The position numbers and the translations under genes are program-made. Shown piece after piece: positions 10,679-20,900 of a stretch of DNA of 64,000 bases. Each line of letters begins with the position of its first letter. Positions within the stretch are counted from its first letter, which is position 1. Source of the stretch: an uncultured Candidatus Scalindua sp. (GTDB lineage: Bacteria > Planctomycetota > Brocadiia > Brocadiales > Scalinduaceae); contig CAZPAM010000006.1 in NCBI GenBank assembly GCA_964584595.1, positions 814 to 64,813 of the forward strand. The letters are read 5' to 3'. Under the pieces are notes generated by a model, which saw only the letters and a list, made by a program, of their open reading frames with translations, made no database searches and was not told where the DNA came from.

Positions 10679-11191
10679 TCAATTACCTCTACTGGTACTA
10701 AAGTCCTCTGTCAGTGCCGATTTGCAATATTCACTCAAAAGCTTTGCATTCTCGGAAACCTCTTCATCGTAAAAAGAGGACTTAGTGATAAAACCATTAG
10801 CGCCATTTTTATATGCTTCAGATATTGTCTCAGTATCATGACTCGTAGACACAACAATGACAGGTATCGAACTGTACCCTGGGCTCCCTTTTATAAATCT
10901 GAGCACATCCATACCGTTAACTACCGGCAGGTTAAGGTCTAATATTATCAATGCAATCTGAGAGTCTATCCTTTCGCTATCATCTTTACTTTCTTGATCT
11001 AAGTCCCGTCTATAAGAAAATGGTGAATGCGTAATAAGCGAATCTGTCTTTTGAATGTAATCAATGGCCTTTTGTCCATCGCTCTTTATTACCAACTTAT
11101 TTCTGTCGATACCTTTTTCCTCTAGATCGTCTACAATCAACGATGCATGGTCCGGATCGTCTTCAACGATTAAGATATTCCTTTCATCCAT
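10679..11191 (-). CDS. Single-domain response regulator with an internal insertion
   Basis: ILIVEDD, ILDLNLPVVNG, FITK; ATG 11191 after GAAAGGA (11215 is the alternative). Confidence 0.88.
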   Translation of the reverse strand: MDERNILIVEDDPDHASLIVDDLEEKGIDRNKLVIKSDGQKAIDYIQKTDSLITHSPFSYRRDLDQESKDDSERIDSQIALIILDLNLPVVNGMDVLRFIKGSPGYSSIPVIVVSTSHDTETISEAYKNGANGFITKSSFYDEEVSENAKLLSEYCKSALTEDFSTSRGN

Positions 11192-11296
11192 AATTTTCCT
11201 TTCTGTAAATACCATACATATTCAATTTTTCCAGTACTGTCTTTATTAACTTTATAAGCTCTTCTCACAAAACATCTTAGGGAAGTAAATTGAAAC

Positions 11297-11311
11297 GCGA
11301 ATGCAATACCA
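11297..11311 (-). promoter_or_regulatory. Putative sigma54 -24/-12 promoter for the receiver-cheW unit
   Basis: Minus strand TGGTATTGCATTCGC (GG-N10-GC); adjacent to an NtrC-type gene. Confidence 0.55.
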
Positions 11312-11365
11312 TTTTAACAGAATTTGTAACAGTCGATTTTACAAAGACTTAAGAATTAGACACCA

Positions 11366-11432
11366 TTGGAATTATGGAATATTTCCATGGATTTATTCCA
11401 TAGTATGGATAAGCCTACATTATATTGGAATG
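11366..11432. promoter_or_regulatory. Clustered palindromic sites, candidate bEBP enhancer
   Basis: ATGGAATATTTCCAT (11374-11388), ATGGATTTATTCCAT (11387-11401) and further TGGA half-sites, about 60-120 bp upstream of the sigma54 motif. Confidence 0.5.
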
Positions 11433-11572
11433 TCAGCTTGGTTATGAGCTTTTATAGATTACAGATTACTAGTGAACAAAATATAGATTACGGTATACAG
11501 AAGTAAATACAGAGACAGGTCTCTTTGGTGTGTCCAGGTAGAGGTTTATTGAAAGGTTGATAGTGGATTATC

Positions 11573-12967
11573 TCACTTTATGCCGTATTCCTTGATTTTA
11601 TAAAGTATAGTTTTATAGTCTATCTTTAACATTCGTGCTGCTTTGCTTTTATTACCGGCTGTTTGCTTTAAAGCACTCGCTATAACTTGCTCCTCAACGT
11701 TACTTACAACATCCCTTAATGAGAGATCATTGAAATTGTCCTTTTCCAACTTAATCGGTTTGCCTGTAACATAATCGAATAAGTGATTATTTGATCTTGA
11801 TTCTTCGTTTGGCAGATTAACAGACTCCACCACGTCATCAGCCATAAGTACCGATTTTCTGATCACATTCTTTAGCTCCCTTACATTCCCCGGCCAATCG
11901 TAATTGAGCAGGCATTCAAGTGTAGATTCTGAAAATTCTCGGACGTTCTTGTTCAACGCCCGATTAGTTTCATCCAGAAAACGTCTGGAAAGGTAAATCA
12001 CATCTTCCTTGCGTTTCCTTAATGGAGGTATCTCAATGGTAAATTCATTCAATCTATGATAGAGGTCTTCTCTGAATTTTCCGGCTTTTACGAGTTCGTC
12101 AAGCTTCTTATTACCTGCAACTATAATACGCACATCAATATTTATGTCATCAGTTCCTCCCAGCCTCCTAATGCACTTTTCTTCTATGGCACGTAATAAT
12201 TTACCCTGCATCTGCAGGGATAAATTACCTATTTCATCTAAAAAGAGTGTACTTTTTGATGCTGATTCAATATATCCTTCCTTTCTCTTATCAGCCCCGG
12301 TAAACGCACCCTTTTCATATCCAAAAAGCTCGCTTTCAAGCAAAGTCTCAGGTATTGCACCACAGTCGATTGTAACAATTTTACTTCCTCCTCGCGTGCT
12401 TTGATTATGTATCGCCCTGGCTATCAGATCCTTACCTGAACCTGTTTCACCGTATAGGATAACGGTAAAATCAGTTGGCGCTACATGATTTACCTGATTA
12501 AATACTCTTTTTATTTCATCACTGGAACCCATTAGTTCTGCCAGGCTTGATCTTTTATCAGAATCAGATCGAAGTCTTTTTATTTCATATTTCAACTTAA
12601 GCTCATTTAAGGCATGCCTGAGTGTAATGACAATATGATCTCTATCGAATGGTTTTGTTATATAATCATAAGCTCCCAGCTTAACTGCCTTGACGGCTGA
12701 ATCTATTTCCCCATAAGCTGTGATAAGAATGACCGGCAAAAGAGGGTTTATACTCTTCATCTTCTTCATAGCTTCTATACCATTCATTACTGGCATTCTT
12801 ATATCCATAATAACTGCTTCAGGCAATTGGCTCTCCACAATTTCCACAGCCACTTGACCATTGTGAGCCGTCAACACATTGTAACCTTCTTCTTTCAGGA
12901 TTCCTGAAAGAACATTCACTATATCTTTAACATCATCAACCACAAGAATCTTTACACTCTTATTCAT
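11573..12967 (-). CDS. Sigma54-dependent response regulator (NtrC/AtoC family)
   Basis: Receiver, GETGSGK Walker A, ELFGYEKGAFTGA, LFLDEIG, WPGNVREL, Fis HTH. Confidence 0.96.
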   Translation of the reverse strand: MNKSVKILVVDDVKDIVNVLSGILKEEGYNVLTAHNGQVAVEIVESQLPEAVIMDIRMPVMNGIEAMKKMKSINPLLPVILITAYGEIDSAVKAVKLGAYDYITKPFDRDHIVITLRHALNELKLKYEIKRLRSDSDKRSSLAELMGSSDEIKRVFNQVNHVAPTDFTVILYGETGSGKDLIARAIHNQSTRGGSKIVTIDCGAIPETLLESELFGYEKGAFTGADKRKEGYIESASKSTLFLDEIGNLSLQMQGKLLRAIEEKCIRRLGGTDDINIDVRIIVAGNKKLDELVKAGKFREDLYHRLNEFTIEIPPLRKRKEDVIYLSRRFLDETNRALNKNVREFSESTLECLLNYDWPGNVRELKNVIRKSVLMADDVVESVNLPNEESRSNNHLFDYVTGKPIKLEKDNFNDLSLRDVVSNVEEQVIASALKQTAGNKSKAARMLKIDYKTILYKIKEYGIK

Positions 12968-13596
12968 TTTGAGAAAACCTTTTTTTCTGTTCCTGCAATA
13001 ATTCTCCGTATATTTGATGTGTGCCTTGCAATTATGAGAATAGCAACTGCGACAGACATTGCCATAAGGTAGATATTATCTCCAAAAGGAGAATCTACAA
13101 CTATCACAATGACCCCTACTAGAGAGAGAGACCCAATCATTGAACCCAGAGAAACATAACGTGATACTATTACGGTTAGAAGCCAGACACCAAATGCTAT
13201 ACCTATAGATATTGGCACTAACCATATAAACACTCCAAAGCTTGTAGCAACAGCCTTACCACCCTTAAAATTCAGAAATACGGGAAAGGCGTGGCCCAGA
13301 ACTGCACAAAAACCGCAGAGAACCACCAGCAGGTTATCAGGCGTCGTTGGGATATTTACCGCACTGCTGACAACCGCAGGAACAAAATAAACGACTATAA
13401 ATCCCTTAAGCATGTCCAGGGCAAATATTATTAATCCATACTTTTTCCCAAGTACTCTACCTACATTTGTAGCGCCTATGTTCCCACTACCCTCTGTCCG
13501 GATATCAACCCCTTTTGCAACGGCTATCACATAACCAAAAGGAATACCCCCGATCAGGTATGAAATAATAATCCCAACGATGTATGATATTATCAC
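12964..13596 (-). CDS. plsY: Glycerol-3-phosphate acyltransferase PlsY
   Basis: YLIGGIPFG, GSGNIGATN, GHAFPVF...GGKAVAT, RHTSNIRR. Confidence 0.95.
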   Translation of the reverse strand: MIISYIVGIIISYLIGGIPFGYVIAVAKGVDIRTEGSGNIGATNVGRVLGKKYGLIIFALDMLKGFIVVYFVPAVVSSAVNIPTTPDNLLVVLCGFCAVLGHAFPVFLNFKGGKAVATSFGVFIWLVPISIGIAFGVWLLTVIVSRYVSLGSMIGSLSLVGVIVIVVDSPFGDNIYLMAMSVAVAILIIARHTSNIRRIIAGTEKKVFSK

Positions 13597-13655
13597 AAAA
13601 CACCCCCCCCTTTTTTTATTCCGCTAATATCCAGTATCTCGCATCTAACCTCTTG

Positions 13656-13680
13656 TTTACCCGACGCGCTGTTTGGCGGG
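13656..13680 (+). repeat. 25-nt hairpin mini-element (TTTA subtype)
   Basis: TTTACCCGACGCGCTGTTTGGCGGG; near-identical to 62237-62261. Confidence 0.7.
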
Positions 13681-13691
13681 CCCCTAGCTAG

Positions 13692-14582
13692 CTACCAACC
13701 TCCCACACTCCACCACAACCTATGCAGATTATGAGATGTCTTATAAGACTGAAGATAATATCTAAGCGGCTTCTCAGATTTATTATCTGCTTTTATATAT
13801 TCTTTCAAAAACCTTAACTTGTCAGTTTTAGATATTGGAAACGGAAATTCCTGGCCAAAAACATCTTTATTGCTTCTTATCATCTTTTCAACCGATCGAT
13901 CCAGACGTATTATGTTCTTCACTCTTTTATGGGAGTTAACCTTTTCATACTGATGTGATTTATCTAAATCTATTATATATACATTATCTTTCCCACCAAC
14001 AGCAGATTGAACGAGAATATTCTTCAGGTGCAGATCAGCGTGATAAATACCGGCATCGTGCATCTCTTTTACAGCTTTTGCCGTCTCATTAATGATTTGT
14101 CTCTTTCGTATAACTAACTTATTTTCTTCGGGGTTAAACAGCAACTCCATTAAATCTATGGCACCGGTTATCTCCTTTGAGACTAATCGGCACTTATAAA
14201 CAGGCCCCAGAATTCTATTTTTTACAATTGCAATTACCTCTGAAGTCTTAATACCGCTCTTGCCGGCGGCCTCACATATTGACAACTCCCTTAAAGGACG
14301 CAGTCCGTCCCAGAAAATATCCCTTAATATCTTTCTAAACAATCCGCCATGCCAGTACTCCCTCACTACAAAACTTTCATTATCAAGACTCTCTATTTTG
14401 AGGGTTTTGCAGGGTGTTCTCCCGTGGTAAGAAGTCGTTAATTTATCACTATCTTTATGCAGGTTAAACAGCATGTCAATATCACCTGCTGGCAACCTTT
14501 GTTCATACTCCTTCTTTATATATAAGGTTATTTTCCCTTTGGTTAAAGTTGAATAATAAGCAGGCAGTTCCACTCTCTTCAT
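13692..14582 (-). CDS. Lipopolysaccharide kinase (Kdo/WaaP/InaA family)
   Basis: VVREYWHGG, HDAGIYHADLHLKNILV, IIDLDKS. Confidence 0.88.
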   Translation of the reverse strand: MKRVELPAYYSTLTKGKITLYIKKEYEQRLPAGDIDMLFNLHKDSDKLTTSYHGRTPCKTLKIESLDNESFVVREYWHGGLFRKILRDIFWDGLRPLRELSICEAAGKSGIKTSEVIAIVKNRILGPVYKCRLVSKEITGAIDLMELLFNPEENKLVIRKRQIINETAKAVKEMHDAGIYHADLHLKNILVQSAVGGKDNVYIIDLDKSHQYEKVNSHKRVKNIIRLDRSVEKMIRSNKDVFGQEFPFPISKTDKLRFLKEYIKADNKSEKPLRYYLQSYKTSHNLHRLWWSVGGW

Positions 14583-14591
14583 TGTTGAAGG

Positions 14592-14620
14592 ATTATACTA
14601 AAGTGTAATTGCTATGTCAA
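14592..14620 (-). promoter_or_regulatory. Consensus sigma70 promoter
   Basis: Minus strand TTGACA-17nt-TATAAT, 9 nt before ATG 14582. Confidence 0.8.
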
Positions 14621-14743
14621 AATAGTTCGCTACAATATACTGCAAAGAGCGGAAAGAAAAGGATAACGACAAACAAAGACTTGTGCTGAATATATTTCAG
14701 TAAACATTTCCATTCGTGACTGAAAATCTGTAAGATAACGACC

Positions 14744-15829
14744 ATGGGTATGTTAATAACTGAAAAGCCGGAAAAGATATTGATTATACGCCTCAGCGCT
14801 ATAGGAGATGTAGTCCATGTACTCCCTGCACTCAGTCTGTTGCGCTCTCATTTCCCGAAGTCAAGAATATCATGGCTGGTAGAGGATAAGGCAAGCGACA
14901 TCCTGACAGGCCACCCTGATATTGATGACGTTATAGTATTTCCCAGAAAGAAGTGGCAAGGGACAATACTGAAGATCAATAAAACCCTTGGCACATTATC
15001 CGAAATTCTCTCCTTCTACAAGAGACTTCGAAGAAATCATTATGACCTGATCATTGACTTTCAGGGCAACCTCAAGAGCGGGGTAATGAACCTGATAACG
15101 GGATCAGAAAAAAAGGTCGGGTTTGGAAAAGGTTCCTGCAAGGAATTGAATTATTTAACTACTCAATACCAGGCTTTTCCACCTGAAAAGAAGATGCACA
15201 GGATAGACAAAAATCTATTTCTACTGAAAGAACTTGGTATTGAGAACGGATTTCAAAAGCCAAAACTTCCCGTCTTCAAGCTAGACAAAAAATACATCTC
15301 TAAATTCATTACTACGAGCACTAATCCCTCCCTCCCTATAATTATTATTCATCCCGGTACAAGTAAGTTTGGATCATACAAACAATGGTCTCCTCTGAGC
15401 TATGCCTTACTTGCGGATATGATACTGGATACCTATGAGGCAAACGTAGTCTTTACATGGGGGCCGTATGAATTCGGTGTAGTCAAAGAGATAGTAAAGA
15501 AAATGAAACACGAGGCTATTCCTGCTTGCGAGACCAGGTCCATCAAGCAACTCATAGAACTTATAAAACGTGCCAGTCTTTTTATTGGTGGAGATACAGG
15601 CCCTCTGCATATTGCCTCCGTCCTGGACATTCCGGTTGTAGGAATTTACGGACCGAAAGACCCTGAAATCTACGGTCCGTACAACGGCAAGTCAATAGTA
15701 ATAAAAAAGGACGTACCATGCAGTCCGTGCAGGAAAAGAACATGCGGTGATCCAATATGCATGTCATCAATCCTACCATACGACGTTTTCCTTGGAGTGG
15801 AAAAATTGTTTACCACGGAGAAACACTGA
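14744..15829 (+). CDS. GT9 glycosyltransferase (LPS heptosyltransferase-like)
   Basis: ILIIRLSAIGDVVH, IHPG, FIGGDTGPLHIA, C-terminal CSPC...C. Confidence 0.92.
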   Translation: MGMLITEKPEKILIIRLSAIGDVVHVLPALSLLRSHFPKSRISWLVEDKASDILTGHPDIDDVIVFPRKKWQGTILKINKTLGTLSEILSFYKRLRRNHYDLIIDFQGNLKSGVMNLITGSEKKVGFGKGSCKELNYLTTQYQAFPPEKKMHRIDKNLFLLKELGIENGFQKPKLPVFKLDKKYISKFITTSTNPSLPIIIIHPGTSKFGSYKQWSPLSYALLADMILDTYEANVVFTWGPYEFGVVKEIVKKMKHEAIPACETRSIKQLIELIKRASLFIGGDTGPLHIASVLDIPVVGIYGPKDPEIYGPYNGKSIVIKKDVPCSPCRKRTCGDPICMSSILPYDVFLGVEKLFTTEKH

Positions 15830-16066
15830 AACAAGCGCCTTCTCCGTCTCTTCGTTTCACAAAACATCTCTGCTTCTCAAATAGCCCATACTTTTTTCTT
15901 AACCAGACGCTCCAACAAATTACCCTAAACGGGAAATATTTGCCTAATTCATACTTTTAACCCAGCCTCTTTCAAGTAATAAGTGAGGAATATTATCTGC
16001 TGTATCATGCTTAATAATCAGCACTTGAGTCCTTTATGAAGTAAAACCATTATCACAGGATGTATA

Positions 16067-16082
16067 TGGCATGCAAGGTGCA
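16067..16082 (+). promoter_or_regulatory. Putative sigma54 promoter
   Basis: TGGCATGCAAGGTGCA (GG-N10-GC), about 100 bp before ATG 16181. Confidence 0.6.
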
Positions 16083-16180
16083 TAATTAAAGAATATTTGT
16101 AATAATCCGATAATATAGACAGTGCTTACATAAGAATATAAACCGGAATTAAAGTGAACATTTTGTGAGGTTAAAAACTT

Positions 16181-16852
16181 ATGAAAAAGAGTTTACTAAT
16201 TTTGACATGCTGTATACTTCTATCGGCTTTGAGTACTCGTGCATCAGGCCAGGTATCAGTTGAAGTCCGGAAATCAGTTGAAGCCCAAATCCAGACTCTT
16301 TCTTCGGAATTCCTCACGCATATGGCTAGTTCCGAATATTCTGATGCTGCCGCGTTATTTCACTGTCCTCAAGAATATACTTCTGTAAAGAAAACTGGAC
16401 AGATTCTTGGTGTAAGTAAATTGCTCAAGATCTTAACTGATGAATTTGGTATCCCATCAGACTGTAAAATCAGTGAGTTTCCGGATCCACATTACAATGT
16501 CACAGTGTGTGGTGGTGATATGCAGTATTGGGAAGAACATCCATCGCAACTGCAAATTCCCTTAGAGGTAGTTTTCAGTAAAGAAAATGATGGGCAGATT
16601 GTTATTCTGTTTTCTAATGTTTTTAATAAATGGGAAATAAGAGCTGTCGCTTATGGACTTCCGGCTCAAAGACAGGGAGCAAAAGAACGTATTGTGGAAG
16701 TAATGACGAAGATGTTGGCAACGCTGCAGCCGGAGCCCCAAAAACCACCAACGGAGAAAAAGTATCCAATAGTCCTGGCATCACATAAATTAAATGAATC
16801 CGGTATCGCGAACAGGAAATATTTGTATAAAAGTGAACATTCAAGAGGTTAA
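16181..16852 (+). CDS. Secreted hypothetical protein, paralog A
   Basis: Signal peptide MKKSLLILTCCILLSAL..ASG; GAGG SD; highly similar to the next gene. Confidence 0.85.
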   Translation: MKKSLLILTCCILLSALSTRASGQVSVEVRKSVEAQIQTLSSEFLTHMASSEYSDAAALFHCPQEYTSVKKTGQILGVSKLLKILTDEFGIPSDCKISEFPDPHYNVTVCGGDMQYWEEHPSQLQIPLEVVFSKENDGQIVILFSNVFNKWEIRAVAYGLPAQRQGAKERIVEVMTKMLATLQPEPQKPPTEKKYPIVLASHKLNESGIANRKYLYKSEHSRG

Positions 16853-16858
16853 TAACTT

Positions 16859-17470
16859 ATGAAAAAGAGTTTACTGATTTTAACATGCTGTATCCTTCTA
16901 TCGGCCTTGGGTTCTCGTGCATCTGGCCAGGAATCAGCTGAAACACAGGAATCAATTGAAGCCCGGCTCCAATCTCTTTCTGTGGAGTTTTTTTCGCATA
17001 TGGCTAGTTCCGAATATTCTGATGCTTCCGGGTTATTTCACTACCCTGTTGATTATACTTCTGAGAAGAGATCTGAAGTGATTCATCGTGTAAGTAAATT
17101 ACTCAAGATCTTCGTTGATGAATTTGGCATCCCGTCAAACTATAAAATCAACGAAACTCCGGCTCCTTATTACAATGTCACAGTGTGTGGAGGTGATATG
17201 AAGTATTGGGAACAGTATCCATCGTACATGCAAATACCTTTGGAGGTGGTTTTCAGTAGAGAAAATGATGGGTATGTTATTATCCTGTTTTCCAATATTC
17301 AGGACAAATGGGAAATAAGAGCTGTCGCTTATGGGCTTCCGGCACAAAGACCGGGAGCAAAAGAGCGTATAGTGGAAGTCATGACGAAGATGTTGATAAC
17401 ACTACAGCCAGAAGAGCCCCAAAAACCACCGACGAAAGAAAAGTATCCAATAGTTCTGGCATCACGTTGA
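16859..17470 (+). CDS. Secreted hypothetical protein, paralog B
   Basis: Same signal peptide; shared YNVTVCGGDMxYW and KWEIRAVAYGLPAQR motifs. Confidence 0.85.
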   Translation: MKKSLLILTCCILLSALGSRASGQESAETQESIEARLQSLSVEFFSHMASSEYSDASGLFHYPVDYTSEKRSEVIHRVSKLLKIFVDEFGIPSNYKINETPAPYYNVTVCGGDMKYWEQYPSYMQIPLEVVFSRENDGYVIILFSNIQDKWEIRAVAYGLPAQRPGAKERIVEVMTKMLITLQPEEPQKPPTKEKYPIVLASR

Positions 17471-17601
17471 TAAATAAAATAATTTAAGTATCGCGCTCAT
17501 ACGACACCCCAAGCATTCACAGTTTACTAACTCCGCCTTCACCGTCTCTCTGTTTCTCCGTTCCTGGACACTCTCCGCTTCTCAAATGCTTCCCTTTTGT
17601 A

Positions 17602-17748
17602 CTTGACTTTAATGATGTGTACAGTTACCATTCCATCTCATTCAATTCTAAAAACACAAAAACTATACCACATAGTGCGCGTAGACAAGTTGTCTTAAAA
17701 AAAGTTTATTATTGCAAGGATGTAATTACATGAACTTTCTTACCAAAA
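17602..17748 (+). repeat. Promoter/leader cassette, copy 1
   Basis: TTGACT-17-TACCAT and ATGAACTTTCTTACCAAAA; ungapped match to 22237-22383 at offset 4635. Confidence 0.85.
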
Positions 17749-17957
17749 TTCACAGTTCTCAAATCATAATATTCTCTTAAATTTAAATTGAAAGTCTCTG
17801 GAAATACGGATGTTGTTCACAAAATCCAAAATCTATCGGAGATTAGATTACTAATGAAGCCCTAATATGGTGATTAACCCAACAGCGTTTCCGATTCACT
17901 TCATCCCATGGGTTAGCCTTGCCATTTAAACCTTTTCGTAACGGAGGATTTAAGAAA

Positions 17958-20900
17958 ATGAAAGAAAAAGGAGAATATAAATTTGACGCTTTTATTTCAT
18001 ATCGGAGATCCGATGGGTCCGATGCGGCACGATGGCTTCGAAACAAATTTCAAAGTTATCATCTCCCTCCTGAGCTTCGCGAAGGCCGAAAGGAAAAGCT
18101 AAATATTTATTTGGACGCCATTTATGAAAAACCAAGCGAAGATTTCTGGGAGTCTACAATTGCTCCGGCGCTTAGCGATTCTGCCCATCTCGTATTAATT
18201 GCCACGCCGGAAGCATATGATCGCCAATCGGACGGTGAGGTGGATTGGCTCAAGAGAGAAATTGATTACTTCATTTCAATACACGGAATTAATCGTGTCA
18301 TCATCGTCTTGGCAAAGGGGAATTTTGATGATCCTTTACCAAACGGCTTAAAAGAGAAATATCCAAATATAGAAATCATTGACATGAGATCATTGAGTTC
18401 GCTATTTAGTAGATGGACAAGTTCTAGCTTGCTCCAAGACCGTCTTCGGACAATTATATCTTCATTACAACATGTAAGTCGTGAGCAAATGCCTCTACTT
18501 CGCAAGGAAGACGCCCGAAGACGGAAAAGGCGAATCATCATAAACACCATTATTGGTTTGCTAGTTTTTTCTCTGCTCGGCTTTGCGTTATTTCAACGGA
18601 AGCAAAATACTCTACAGAAGATCGCAGACGAAAGGAAACTGAAAGAAACCAAGTTAAAGAATGCAAATAGAGCTATTACTCTCTTTCAGGCTGAGCAGAC
18701 GCTGGAAGATGCACCGGGCAAGACTGTGGCCGTAGCCTTTGCCACCAAGAATTTTGGGTATTCCGCTTCTGCTGTTTCATTAGTTAAGAAAGCAATCCCA
18801 TTATTTCCGGAATACCAAATCCTGACGACAGAAGAACGTAAACCTATTCTAGCTTTTGAGGGATATTCTAAGAGCTTTTTTGGATTAGAAAGTATGACAT
18901 TTGCCCACAGCGGAGATGTCCTCCTGGTTCATCATATAGAGGGCTTTAAAGTTATCGAGCACAAGGATTCCAACGGGAGCTTTGGTGGTATGTCCACTGA
19001 ATTGGGTCGCCCTGGAATCTTATCAGTTTGGAATATAACTAATGGTTTAAAGAAATCGGTTCTGGGAGATAATTTAGTAGGTGTTAAAAGCTATTGTTTA
19101 CACGATACCTACCCAAATAAACTTTTTGTTCTAATGCAGAATGGAAACTTAGAAACGTACAGGCTTAGACATGATGGGATGATATCTGACAGAAAAGAAA
19201 TAACTGGAATCTATGACGGAATAACCTCAGAAGCCGGATTAAACCGCCTCCTTGCTTGGACAAAAGAAGGAAAGGTTTATCATTTAGAATCCGATTCAGT
19301 TCTTGAGTTAATCTGGGACGCTAGCTTCCCTATTGCTCAAACATCCTTGGATCGTTCTGGAAACATAGTGGCTGCATTGGGACTTGATGGGAGTTTAGAG
19401 CTTTTTGATCTGAGAGAACAAAGGGTAATCCTCTCAACAGTAAGCCATGTTCAAAATGCGGAGAAACCCTCCTTTAACGTGACTTGGATGAGAGACAAAA
19501 CCTACGTGAGTCTTCTTGCTAAAAATGAATGTATTGTAGTTGGTCGACGATTGGGTGACAAAATCGAGTTGGAAGTTATCGATCTAAGGGATGGTTCGTC
19601 CGCTTGGCAGTGGAGAGGGAAAGGACTCTTTAGCACGGACACTTTCGGTGAAAAGATCGCTGTACTGGAACATGGAAAGATAATTCAATGGCGCCTATCG
19701 AGAATCTCAGGAGAAGAGAATTACGCTTCAAGATTAAATATTGAACGTGATGAATGGCCCTTGATTAATGCTGACGAGTACGCAGGTGATGCGCAAGCTA
19801 TTGTATATGGCCCCTCTGGAGAATATCTTTTAACATCCAATGCTCCGAGTTATCACGGAGGAGGAACTTTACCTGGTACCTTACGCATTTGGTATGCAAA
19901 CCCCTATACTGACGATAGGGCAGGAGATCCGCACAGGGGAGTATTTGTGGGTTCCCGCAAAAACGTACCTCTTAATTTGGCTATTGATTACCAGGGAGAT
20001 CGATTTGCAACTTTCTTCGCAGACGGGAAAATAAGAGTTTATGACATTTTTCCCGAAAGAGAGATTGATCTTCAAAGGAAAACAGACGATGCCGTGGACA
20101 ATATTTATCATCTACCCATTCCCAACAGATTCTTACTCACTGAGGAGTATAAATCTCCCAATGATTTCTTTAAATCTGCGGAATCGCTCTTTGCATTGCG
20201 TCTAAGCGACGAAGAACAAAAGGCATTAACGGAAAAACTAGAAGGGATGGATCCTCTTGTGACACTATTTCCTGAAGATGTTCGTGATGTGCCCCCCTCC
20301 ATTACCATTAACCCTAAGGGAATGAGGGATGAACAGCCCAATTTGCTTAGAATGCTCCACCCTAGTTTTTCTGCTGTAAAGAGTAATTACGATCCTTTTA
20401 AAGATAACAACCTTCTTTTAGAACTGATTGATGATATTAATGAGAAAAAAATCAACGATCCTCAGATTATAAGGCGCTACTTAATGGCAGCAGAAAAAGA
20501 TGTCCTGCTGCTTACTGGGATTCAGAAAAGCTATTTGTTGGATGGGTTAACTTCGGATGATAAAGATCGTCAGCTTAAATGTATTGTGGGGCTTGGCTTA
20601 ACAGGAGACAAAATGATGATCTCAGAACTTAAAAAACAGATGAAGGTCATGTCGGATAAAGAGCTGGAAAAAACATTGAACTGGTCCATTGGTTTTCTCG
20701 AAAGAAATGGAAAAGATCTTTCGCTAAGCGCTGCTGAATCGCTGGCAAGCGACTGGAACCTTGGTATTCCATTATTATATGCTCCAGTGGAAAAATATGA
20801 ATCCATACGTCTAAAGTCACTTCTTTCGGCCCCTTGGGACGGACGAATCTGGGAAGTTTTAGTTGATCTGCTCCAAAACGAAAACTATTCAAAGACCTTT

